Virus record (IMG/VR): IMGVR_UViG_3300042691_049879
Coordinates: 4,801-68,800 of that record
From: a virus
Length of the DNA stretch: 64,000 bases
Strand: one strand, 5' to 3'
Position 1 is the stretch's first letter, and each line of letters opens with the position of its first letter. The translations under genes and the position numbers were made by a program. Shown here one piece after another: positions 55,508 through 64,000 of this stretch. A model generated the notes under the pieces. It worked only from the letters and a program-made list of their open reading frames with translations, made no database searches and was not told the origin of the DNA.

Positions 55508-57556
55508 TTAAAAATCAATTTGTAATTGGAAAGTTAAAAATCTTCCTTCATTTTTCTTGATTGGATATGTTGGTTTTCCTATTGCTACTAAATTTCCATC
55601 GCCATCTAAAACTCCAACTTCTGATATATAAGTGTTGTTATCTAAGTTTGAATCGAAAGATTCATTTAAAGATGAATTAAGAGAATCGTTTTGCGCAAAA
55701 GTTGTTATAACAGTTTTGTAAGTTACGGCCAAAATATCTGCTTTTACATTTCCAAAAAAGAAAGATTCGTTTCCAAAAGTTAATCCAGTAATACTAGAAT
55801 CGTTATTGTCTGTAAATATATTGTCAAGAACATATGTTGTTCCACTATCATAATCTTCTTGTGAAACTATAAATTGATATGAATTTAATTTGCTAGGGTC
55901 TATAGTCAAATCAGTTGTATCACCAGTATAAATTCCATTACCAACAACATTAGAAATTAGCTTCCATTCATAAGAAGGAACATCAGATAGGCTAAATAAT
56001 TCTCCAGCCGTTAAATCTGTTTGTTCAGAAACTAACAATTGAACTTTATTAGCATTCCAACCAGTTCCAGAATAGGCCGAAGTTGAATCCATATTTACAC
56101 TGTTTCTTAAGTATGGAAAACCATTTGTTGGAAATGCTGCAGCCAAATATTGTGGATTTCCCTGGTCATCAGTTTCTCCATTTAATTTTTGAACATAACC
56201 ACAATGTAATCCTTTTGGATATCCAAAAGTTGACCCAGAAGTATAAGTACTATCACTTTCTGTTATATATGTAACAAAATAAGTTTTCCCAGATTTTAAA
56301 AGACCTGTTGCTTCTGATGTGCTCAAAGGATATTTTGGTACACTAGAACTATTTATTTGTAATGCAGGTAATGTATAATTTCTATTTGATTTATAAGACA
56401 TAACAGTTAACAACTCTGGGTCTGTTATAACTATTAGTTTTAGTTTATGATATACTCTACCTACAACTTTACTTGTACTTGTCGTACCATCTCTTAACTC
56501 TCTAAAAGTTGTTGAAGCCGCTGAATCTATTTGTGTAGTTCCATATATATCATAAAGAGTTACGCCATAAGACAGACCTTGACCATTATCTGCAGAAATA
56601 TTATGCCACATTATATTTGGAATATCTATTCTGATAGTCTTTTCCAACAATTGTTCTGCATAAGTATTTCCTGTGAACTCATTTGTGTAATGTAGAATTC
56701 CTATTTTTGTATAATCATCAACAAAACCTAAATATTTTTTTGTTCCATTATATTGTATTGAACCATAAGATGTATAGCCACTAACTGATAATGGCGTACC
56801 TTCTACTGAACTAGTTCTTACTATATTCATGTTCCATAGCATAGGATTTACAGTAGATGCTGTACCATAATATGATTCTGGCCCATTGTAAGGATAAAAA
56901 TATGTATTTATAACTTGAGATGTAGATTCGCCGCCAAAATCTGGTATTGGTCTATCTAATGATATTTCTCCAGTCATACCGCTTGTTGCCGTTGTTACTC
57001 TATACCATAATCCAACTGTAGGATTTCCAGACAATAAAATATCTCCTGAATATGTTTTACCACTATTTTGTATTGGCTCCCAAGGAATATAAACCAAATC
57101 TCCAGCATTTGGATAATAAGAACCTATTCCATTATCTAAAGTTATAACATTTCCTCCGTTTATTGATGAAGAACTATATGTTACTGAATTTACTCCTAAA
57201 ATTTTTGTTACATCATAAGCAGTAGATGCTGTACTTATTGTTGTTCCAGTAAAAAACCCATAGCTTTCTGTTGCTCCAGTTGAAATTTGTTTTGCAGAAA
57301 CAACTTGGTTACCAGCTAAAGGAAGCGGATTAGTTCCGTCAAAATTTGCAATTATAGAAGGTTGAGCTTCTGTTGGCGACAAAATTCTATTGTTAGATAT
57401 ACTATAGTTTTCATTTCTATCAATAGAATAATCTATTTCTCTATCTGAAAAGACAGCATTAACAAATCTTAGGTTACCAAGAGACAATTGTCTTCTACCA
57501 ACATCAGTAAGTTTAATGTTTATAAAAGTTTTTGGTTCATTTAAAATATATCCCAT
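55508..57556 (-). CDS. Baseplate/tail structural protein
   Basis: KLTDVGRRQL...FSDREIDY; C-terminal YISEVGVLD..GNLVAIGK..PIKK. Confidence 0.65.
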   Translation of the reverse strand: MGYILNEPKTFINIKLTDVGRRQLSLGNLRFVNAVFSDREIDYSIDRNENYSISNNRILSPTEAQPSIIANFDGTNPLPLAGNQVVSAKQISTGATESYGFFTGTTISTASTAYDVTKILGVNSVTYSSSSINGGNVITLDNGIGSYYPNAGDLVYIPWEPIQNSGKTYSGDILLSGNPTVGLWYRVTTATSGMTGEISLDRPIPDFGGESTSQVINTYFYPYNGPESYYGTASTVNPMLWNMNIVRTSSVEGTPLSVSGYTSYGSIQYNGTKKYLGFVDDYTKIGILHYTNEFTGNTYAEQLLEKTIRIDIPNIMWHNISADNGQGLSYGVTLYDIYGTTQIDSAASTTFRELRDGTTSTSKVVGRVYHKLKLIVITDPELLTVMSYKSNRNYTLPALQINSSSVPKYPLSTSEATGLLKSGKTYFVTYITESDSTYTSGSTFGYPKGLHCGYVQKLNGETDDQGNPQYLAAAFPTNGFPYLRNSVNMDSTSAYSGTGWNANKVQLLVSEQTDLTAGELFSLSDVPSYEWKLISNVVGNGIYTGDTTDLTIDPSKLNSYQFIVSQEDYDSGTTYVLDNIFTDNNDSSITGLTFGNESFFFGNVKADILAVTYKTVITTFAQNDSLNSSLNESFDSNLDNNTYISEVGVLDGDGNLVAIGKPTYPIKKNEGRFLTFQLQIDF

Positions 57557-57724
57557 TTTCTATTTACTCTTTTTAGGATTTTTTTATAATATAATAAAAA
57601 AAGTTTTAAAGTAAACTTTTGAATTATTTTTTATCCCTTAGAAATAAATATAAAATAAAAAAAAATAGAAATAATTTTATGTAAGTTTTTTTGCCTAAAT
57701 ATTTATCATTAAATAAAAGTATAA

Positions 57725-60229
57725 ATGGAGCCAATAAATAGTGGAACAACTTTAGATATAAGACCTACTCCTGGTCAAGATATAAGATTTGCTGCAACTC
57801 AAGCGGATTCTGTTTTTACGTTTGGTAATTTTAGAATTGACAGAAGTGTTGATTCTGATTTTATTAATTCAGAAAATGCCTATTTATCTTACGGCCCTTA
57901 TTCTACAATACAAAATTCTAATTCAAATAATTTTGATATTATTAAAATAATTAATACAAAAGAAAATGAATTAAATTTAAAATCTGAAGATGCAACAAGT
58001 TATGCTTATTTTGGTTCGTTTTATACTCAAGTTGCAAATGCAATTAATAAAATAGTAGATAACTTTCCTTATGCCTTTTTATCTAAATCAATAAATAGTG
58101 GAATTACAATATATGATTATTCTCACGATTTAGTACAAAACTTTTCAACATTTAAGGTAGCGTTTTCTTCAATAACAAATCAAGGTGAAATAATTTATGT
58201 ATCTGGGAGGAGTGAACAATCTGAAGCTCAATTTGATTTATATAATGAAACAGATTCTTTCGAGATACAATTAAGTGGCAATTCACAAGATTTAACAACT
58301 GGTGACACCTTTTTTAATACAATACATAAAATAAGGAGTTACAATTATTCTTTAAATAATTATCTAGAATTTGAAGTTGAAGGCATTTTATTACCTGCAG
58401 AATCAACTACTGCTACAACTTTTAATTATCCTTTATATATAAGGCCATCAAGAGAAAGATATGGACAATACAAAAAAACTATATCAAGCTTAGAAAATCA
58501 CCTTTTAAATGATGGTACTTTTTTGGTTCCAGACCCAGATACTGATACATTCGAAAGGATAAAATTTACTTGGCCTAGAAATATTGATGGATTTGCTCCA
58601 GATAGTTACGGTTCTGATTTTGAAGAATATGCTGAAGATTTATTAAACGCAGCAAGAAGCATTGATGAAGAGAAAACTAACATAATGGTTAGAACAATGC
58701 TCCCAGAAAATTTTATAGATTTAGATTCTGACGATAAAATATACAGAAAATTAACAACAGTATATGCTACAGAATTTGATAAAATAAAAAATTACATAGA
58801 CGGTTTAGCTTATGCTCATTCTATTAGTTACGATGGCTCTGAAAGCGTTCCAAATAAATTTATTTCAAGATTAGCAAACTTACTTGGAGCAAAGTTACCA
58901 AACGCATTCACTTCTGAAAATGTATTAGATTATCTTTCTGGAGAATTCGATTCAGTAGGTAAGCCTTATGAAGAGTATAATTTAGAATTGTGGAGAAGAA
59001 TAATGGTAAATTTAGTTTGGCTTTATAAAAAGAAAGGAACTAGAGATGCTATAAGTTTTATTTTTAAATTATTAGGAGCGCCAGAATGTTTATTTAATTT
59101 AGAAGAATTTGTTTATGATGTAAAAAGAAATATGGCATCAGAAGCTTTGGCGACTTTACCAAATGCTGAAATAGAAAATTTACCATCAGAAGATACTGGA
59201 CCTACAATTACTTTTCAAGATATTCTTGGAGATGAAGACAGTGAAACTGGAGACGGTTACCCTGATGTAGAATTTGAGATTTTTCAAATAGGAGGCCCAG
59301 GAAGAGGTAATGGACAAGCTTTTATAGATGCTTTAGGAGCAGATTATGACCCAACTAAAAGAGTTGATAATATTAAATCTCATACTGGAGACACTAGAGC
59401 AATAGTAAACTCAAAAGAAGCTAATGTTGACCTTAGACCATCAAGAGCTATTGAATGCGATGTTATGGATTGGTATGAGTTGGGTTATGGATGGTGGAAT
59501 TGGGGTACAACAAGTATTGCATTTAGTGCATTAACAGTTCCTTTTGAATGGCAAGTTGAAGACATAGATACTGTTGTGCCTGCTAATATGAGTGCCATGA
59601 CAATACATCAATGGCTAGATTTTATATATACTTCTAATGTAAATCCTAGAAACAGAAAAACTGATGGTTGGCAGCAAGGTACAACAAATACTTATAGAGA
59701 TTTGAAAAAAATCTATATAACTTATATGCTTTGGACCAACAATCAAGAGTCAAATAGATTAACATTTAGAAAATTAGAGAAATTTTTAGGTTTACTAGAG
59801 AGGAATTTTCAAGAATTTGTACCATTTTTAATACCAGCTACTACTATATTCAATAATTATGGAACAACTTATGGAAATCATGAATTTAATAGACATAGGT
59901 TTGTTTATAGACCTGGTATAAATGATGGGTCTGAGTTTCAAGTAGAACTTCCTCCAGTGTTTGAACCTACAATAAATTTAGTAAATTTTACAACTAGTTT
60001 ATCCAATAATTATGACCCTGTAATAAATGCTACTAATTTTAGTGTGAATATTCCAGAAAATCCTCAATCAAATATTGACGTTTCAAATTTTGAGGTTATA
60101 TTAAGTACAAATATATCACCTAATTCTAATTTGATTAATTCAAATACTAGTGTTTATGAAGAAACTACAAATGAAACTCCTTACATTCAACCTGTAAGTA
60201 ACTTAACGCCAATAGTTTATCCAGAATAA
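57725..60229 (+). CDS. Baseplate wedge / tail protein I-like
   Basis: LANLLG...LWRRIMVNLVWLYKKKGTRDAI..IFKLLG; TATTTAT at 57700. Confidence 0.6.
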   Translation: MEPINSGTTLDIRPTPGQDIRFAATQADSVFTFGNFRIDRSVDSDFINSENAYLSYGPYSTIQNSNSNNFDIIKIINTKENELNLKSEDATSYAYFGSFYTQVANAINKIVDNFPYAFLSKSINSGITIYDYSHDLVQNFSTFKVAFSSITNQGEIIYVSGRSEQSEAQFDLYNETDSFEIQLSGNSQDLTTGDTFFNTIHKIRSYNYSLNNYLEFEVEGILLPAESTTATTFNYPLYIRPSRERYGQYKKTISSLENHLLNDGTFLVPDPDTDTFERIKFTWPRNIDGFAPDSYGSDFEEYAEDLLNAARSIDEEKTNIMVRTMLPENFIDLDSDDKIYRKLTTVYATEFDKIKNYIDGLAYAHSISYDGSESVPNKFISRLANLLGAKLPNAFTSENVLDYLSGEFDSVGKPYEEYNLELWRRIMVNLVWLYKKKGTRDAISFIFKLLGAPECLFNLEEFVYDVKRNMASEALATLPNAEIENLPSEDTGPTITFQDILGDEDSETGDGYPDVEFEIFQIGGPGRGNGQAFIDALGADYDPTKRVDNIKSHTGDTRAIVNSKEANVDLRPSRAIECDVMDWYELGYGWWNWGTTSIAFSALTVPFEWQVEDIDTVVPANMSAMTIHQWLDFIYTSNVNPRNRKTDGWQQGTTNTYRDLKKIYITYMLWTNNQESNRLTFRKLEKFLGLLERNFQEFVPFLIPATTIFNNYGTTYGNHEFNRHRFVYRPGINDGSEFQVELPPVFEPTINLVNFTTSLSNNYDPVINATNFSVNIPENPQSNIDVSNFEVILSTNISPNSNLINSNTSVYEETTNETPYIQPVSNLTPIVYPE

Positions 60230-60232
60230 TTT

Positions 60233-61747
60233 ATGAGTATAAATAAAGAAATAATAGCTAGAACTGTTGGAGAAAATGATGGTATATCTCAAGTTTTTAT
60301 TCAAAATAATATACCATTTATAGGAGAGCAGCAAGTAGAGCCTACAATATTTAATGTTCCATTATATACTTTGGTTGGTGCTACAAAAAATTATTATGAA
60401 CAAACTATAGATGGAGTTTCTGTAAATATCAATAATTTAAAAAATTTATATTACACATATACAGCAAACACTTCTTCATTTAGTGCAATAACAAGAGTTA
60501 TATATGATGTTTATAGGGTTGATTTTGAAGACTATTCATATGTATTAAATAATTTAGATGAAGATGGTGATGAAATAATAACTGGCTCTGCGACTACTGC
60601 AAATAAAGAAACTATAAATAATTATTTAAATTCTCCTTTAGTTACTCTTTATGATACTGGTTCAACATTAACATTACCAACATACACATATACACTTCCA
60701 GAAATTGTAAAACCAATAGATGATTTTGCTCAACCTTTATTAGTAGATAAAAATCAATATTTTGTTGATACAAGATTTGAATTTATTCAACCTAGAGATA
60801 AAACTTTAGGTGCATATCAAACTATAAGTGCTGGTACTGTTGTTGACTTAACTTTGACTGGATTAACAACTAGCGCAAATACATTATCTGGTTTTAGTGT
60901 TGGAGACTTTTTATTAGAAACAAGTAAAGATAGTGATGTTATAAATAAAGGTAAATTTTCTGGACTTACTATTAATGGTAGATTGTTTACTTATTTTGTA
61001 GCTCCACAAAAGCCTAATATAGATGTAATAAATGATGCGCCAACTGTAATTGGTAGTTTAGATACATTTTCTCCAATATTCAGTTTTAATAATGTTTCTG
61101 ATGGAGATTATTATAAACTTCAAGTTAGTTATGATTTGTCAGATGTAACTTTTACAGGTGGAACAATATTTAATATACCAAAACAAGAAGGAGACCCAGA
61201 ATTTATAAGAACTTTCTCAACACCTTTATCACCAGATGCTTTCTTTATTTATAGAATAGGTAATACTAAAGAAATTATAAATGTTTTTGGCGTAAAACAA
61301 AATGTAACAACTTGGGGTAGAGCAGAACAGGCATTTACTGCAACTGATGGTATTTATGATGTGTCTGGTACTATATTCCAAGACCAATTATACGGAAGTC
61401 CAGTTTCTGGTGCTACAATTAAATTTATAGTTCTTAGTACGACTGCAGATGTTGAACTTGGAGTTGATGCTCCTTATGAAAACATAATACAAGGTGGTGT
61501 ATTTGAGCCATTAGGTGGAGGTGCAGGAACTTCATTCTCAGCATTAACTGATTCTAATGGTAATTATACAGTTAACGATATTAAAGGAGGCCTTCTTGTT
61601 GTCGAAGTTTCGCATCCACTTTATGAAACTACTTATCATACAATTAATGTAGACCAAGACTTAACAGATGCAGACTTTACAATTATATTGAGATGGGGTA
61701 GCACAACTACAACATTTGGAGATGTAGGAGGTCAATTGTTTATATAA
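60233..61747 (+). CDS. Structural protein with carboxypeptidase-regulatory-like beta domain
   Basis: VSGTI....PVSGATI...TDSNGNYTV...VSHPLY. Confidence 0.6.
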   Translation: MSINKEIIARTVGENDGISQVFIQNNIPFIGEQQVEPTIFNVPLYTLVGATKNYYEQTIDGVSVNINNLKNLYYTYTANTSSFSAITRVIYDVYRVDFEDYSYVLNNLDEDGDEIITGSATTANKETINNYLNSPLVTLYDTGSTLTLPTYTYTLPEIVKPIDDFAQPLLVDKNQYFVDTRFEFIQPRDKTLGAYQTISAGTVVDLTLTGLTTSANTLSGFSVGDFLLETSKDSDVINKGKFSGLTINGRLFTYFVAPQKPNIDVINDAPTVIGSLDTFSPIFSFNNVSDGDYYKLQVSYDLSDVTFTGGTIFNIPKQEGDPEFIRTFSTPLSPDAFFIYRIGNTKEIINVFGVKQNVTTWGRAEQAFTATDGIYDVSGTIFQDQLYGSPVSGATIKFIVLSTTADVELGVDAPYENIIQGGVFEPLGGGAGTSFSALTDSNGNYTVNDIKGGLLVVEVSHPLYETTYHTINVDQDLTDADFTIILRWGSTTTTFGDVGGQLFI

Positions 61748-61835
61748 TGTTTACATTTTTGACTTAAAATATAAATTATATTAAAATAATTAACAAAATA
61801 AAATAGAGATTAATATTTATTAAAAATAGAAAATT

Positions 61836-63698
61836 ATGCCAGTTTATGAATTAATACTTAGTAGTGACACTATCGAACAAGGTAGAATAAAAATAAATGA
61901 TGCTTTTTCAGCAACAACAGGATTGTGGTCTGGTGGTACAGGTTCTCAATCTTTAATTTCAAATAATGGTTCTGACATTTTTGCAAATGGAGATTATTCT
62001 CTTGCAGCAGGCTTTTCGGTGTCTGCATTAACTAATTATTCTCAGGCATTTGGTTTAACTACATTATCTGATGGTTTAGCTTCTTTTACGGAAGGATATT
62101 TAACTTATGCTTCAGGAGATTATTCACATGCTGAAGGGCAACAAACTGGTGCTATAGGTACAGCTTCACATGCTGAAGGACAATTGACAGTTGCTTCTGG
62201 AGATGCTTCACATGCTGAAGGTAGATTAAATACGGCATATGGTTCTTATTCACATGCTGAAGGGTTTGACAATGAGGCTATAGGGACAAGGTCTCATGCT
62301 GAAGGTAGACAAAATACTGCATATGGTGCTCAATCACATGCTGAAGGTCTTAACAATATAGCTTCTGGAACATCTTCACATGTTGAAGGTAGATTTAATA
62401 CTGCAATAGGATTAGATTCTCACGCTCAAGGTTATAATAATATAGTTTATGGCAATCAATCTTTTGTAGGAGGAAGTAATAATATATCTTATGAACAAAA
62501 TTCTTTTATATTAAGCAGTGAAAGTACTGGTGAAACAGAGTATAGCGCAATAATAGGTGGGCGTGAAAATAGAATTGATAATAAAAGCTTTCTTGGTCCG
62601 ACTGATGGTGAAAGTATTTTAGGAGGAACTCTTAATGTTGCTGCAAATGGGTTTTCAAGCGTTATTGGTGGTGTTTCAAATGAAGCACTTTCTTATTCTA
62701 CAGGAGTTTTTGTTGGCGCAAATAATAGATTAAATGGAGGCACATTTTTCGCTAATATTGATACTAGTTTTTCGGTAATATTAGGAGGAAGATATAATTT
62801 AATAAACGCAACTCCTCTTCTTGGTTCTTCAATCTATTCTGCTATATTGGGAGGTTATTTAAATGAAATAAAAGATAGTGATTATTCTGTAATTTTAGGA
62901 GGAAGAGACAACTATACAGATGGTTATGGTAATACTTTGTTGGCTGGTGCTGGTGCTCAATCAACTTCTGCTTATACTTTTACTATGGGCGCTACTCCAG
63001 GAGGACCTAACCCATCTAATAATACAATTATTTTTGAATTTACTGATGGCTCTGGGTATTGGGATGGAAATAGCAATTTAGGTCCTGCCGATTATGCTGA
63101 ATATTTTGAGTGGAATGATGGAAATTTATTGAATGAGGATAGAGTTGGTTATTTTGTTTCTTTAATTAATGATAAAATTGAAATAGGAAATTCTTCTGTT
63201 GTTGGTGTTGTTTCTGCAAATCCTGCTATAGTTGGTGATTCTGCTTCATTAAAGTGGACTAACACTTTTGTTAAAGATGAGTGGGGAAGATTTATAAAAG
63301 ATAAATATGATGTTTATAAGGTTGGAGAAAATAAATTAGAAATTTATGAAGATATAAATAGAAATGTTTATACAGAAATTCCAAGTCCAACAAATATTTT
63401 AGGAAATCTTTATAATGGAGATTTATCTGGTAAAACTTATTTAAGGACTGAATATATAAAAAGAGTAAATCCACTTTATGACCATACACAAAATTATACT
63501 CCAAGAAAAGACAGAAAAGAATGGTCTCCTATAGGTTTATTGGGCAAATTATATGTTAGAACATCTGAACAGATAATTGGTGATAAGGTTAGTGTTGACT
63601 CAAACGGTATGGCTATAAATGGAACAGATTATTATGTATTAGAAAATGCTAAAGCATATGACGGTAATTACGGAATAGTTAGAATTTTATTTAAATAA
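61836..63698 (+). CDS. Tail fibre with SHAEG repeats and C-terminal peptidase G2-like autocleaving chaperone domain
   Basis: SHAEG array; ADYAEYFEW...VGVVSANP...YTPRKDRKEWSPIGLLGKLYVR. Confidence 0.8.
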   Translation: MPVYELILSSDTIEQGRIKINDAFSATTGLWSGGTGSQSLISNNGSDIFANGDYSLAAGFSVSALTNYSQAFGLTTLSDGLASFTEGYLTYASGDYSHAEGQQTGAIGTASHAEGQLTVASGDASHAEGRLNTAYGSYSHAEGFDNEAIGTRSHAEGRQNTAYGAQSHAEGLNNIASGTSSHVEGRFNTAIGLDSHAQGYNNIVYGNQSFVGGSNNISYEQNSFILSSESTGETEYSAIIGGRENRIDNKSFLGPTDGESILGGTLNVAANGFSSVIGGVSNEALSYSTGVFVGANNRLNGGTFFANIDTSFSVILGGRYNLINATPLLGSSIYSAILGGYLNEIKDSDYSVILGGRDNYTDGYGNTLLAGAGAQSTSAYTFTMGATPGGPNPSNNTIIFEFTDGSGYWDGNSNLGPADYAEYFEWNDGNLLNEDRVGYFVSLINDKIEIGNSSVVGVVSANPAIVGDSASLKWTNTFVKDEWGRFIKDKYDVYKVGENKLEIYEDINRNVYTEIPSPTNILGNLYNGDLSGKTYLRTEYIKRVNPLYDHTQNYTPRKDRKEWSPIGLLGKLYVRTSEQIIGDKVSVDSNGMAINGTDYYVLENAKAYDGNYGIVRILFK

Positions 63699-63711
63699 TT
63701 AGATTTAGAAA

Positions 63712-64000
63712 ATGTCACAAATAGACTTCAGAAATGGTAGAGGAGTTAATTTGGCTGACCCGAAATACGATAAAGATGCTGTAAATCTTAGAACGTTAAG
63801 AAATGAAATTTTACAAATATCTGGTGGTACTTCTGGAATAGCTGGGACGAGTGGCACTAGTGGTACTAGTGGTATTTCTGGTTCTTCTGGAACGAGTGGT
63901 ATTTCTGGTTCTTCTGGAACGAGTGGCATTTCTGGTTCTTCTGGAACAAGTGGTATAAGTGGTTCTTCTGGAACAAGTGGTATAAGTGGTTCTTCTGGAA
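63712..64000 (+). CDS. Collagen-like (Gly-X-Ser) repeat fibre protein, truncated by window end
   Basis: MSQIDFRNG...DAVN...GTSGISGSSGTSG; 27-nt tandem repeats. Confidence 0.75.
   Translation, partial: MSQIDFRNGRGVNLADPKYDKDAVNLRTLRNEILQISGGTSGIAGTSGTSGTSGISGSSGTSGISGSSGTSGISGSSGTSGISGSSGTSGISGSSG

Noticed and set aside
63705-63929. Minus-strand PLVPEEPEI repeat ORF
   Set aside because: Shadow of the plus-strand Gly-X-Ser collagen-like gene.
1-64000. Alternative genetic code (stop-codon reassignment)
   Set aside because: Long genes are intact in code 11, coding density is high and no suppressor tRNA is seen.

Overview
This is an AT-rich segment of a jumbo (T4-like, myovirus-type) dsDNA phage. 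The host is probably a Bacteroidota: ten exact TAnnTTTG -7 promoter boxes sit before minus-strand genes, and a separate TATTTAT motif precedes the probable late/virion genes. The window encodes a tRNA-maintenance toolkit (monomeric PheRS, CCA-adding enzyme, YqeY, RNase P RNA), about 24 tRNAs in three minus-strand operons, a ~920-nt GOLLD-like RNA with an embedded tRNA-Lys, and several other structured or tRNA-like RNAs. It also carries replication/recombination genes (SNF2 helicase, SbcD-SbcC fusion, primase, RuvC-like, PD-(D/E)XK nuclease), cell-wall hydrolases, baseplate/tail-fibre genes and many small proteins sharing two putative capsid-cargo tags. Top finding: each of the three tRNA operons is preceded by an unannotated leader peptide, an antiterminator and an intrinsic terminator. 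The leader's control codons match the tRNAs of that same operon, which suggests ribosome-mediated attenuation that switches on phage tRNAs when those codons are starved. Also notable are an RNase P RNA whose specificity domain is replaced by a tRNA-like element, and three small ORFs built from capsid, protease and sheath fragments joined by a repeated RxLLxEK linker. All calls were made by eye; no searches or folding programs were run.
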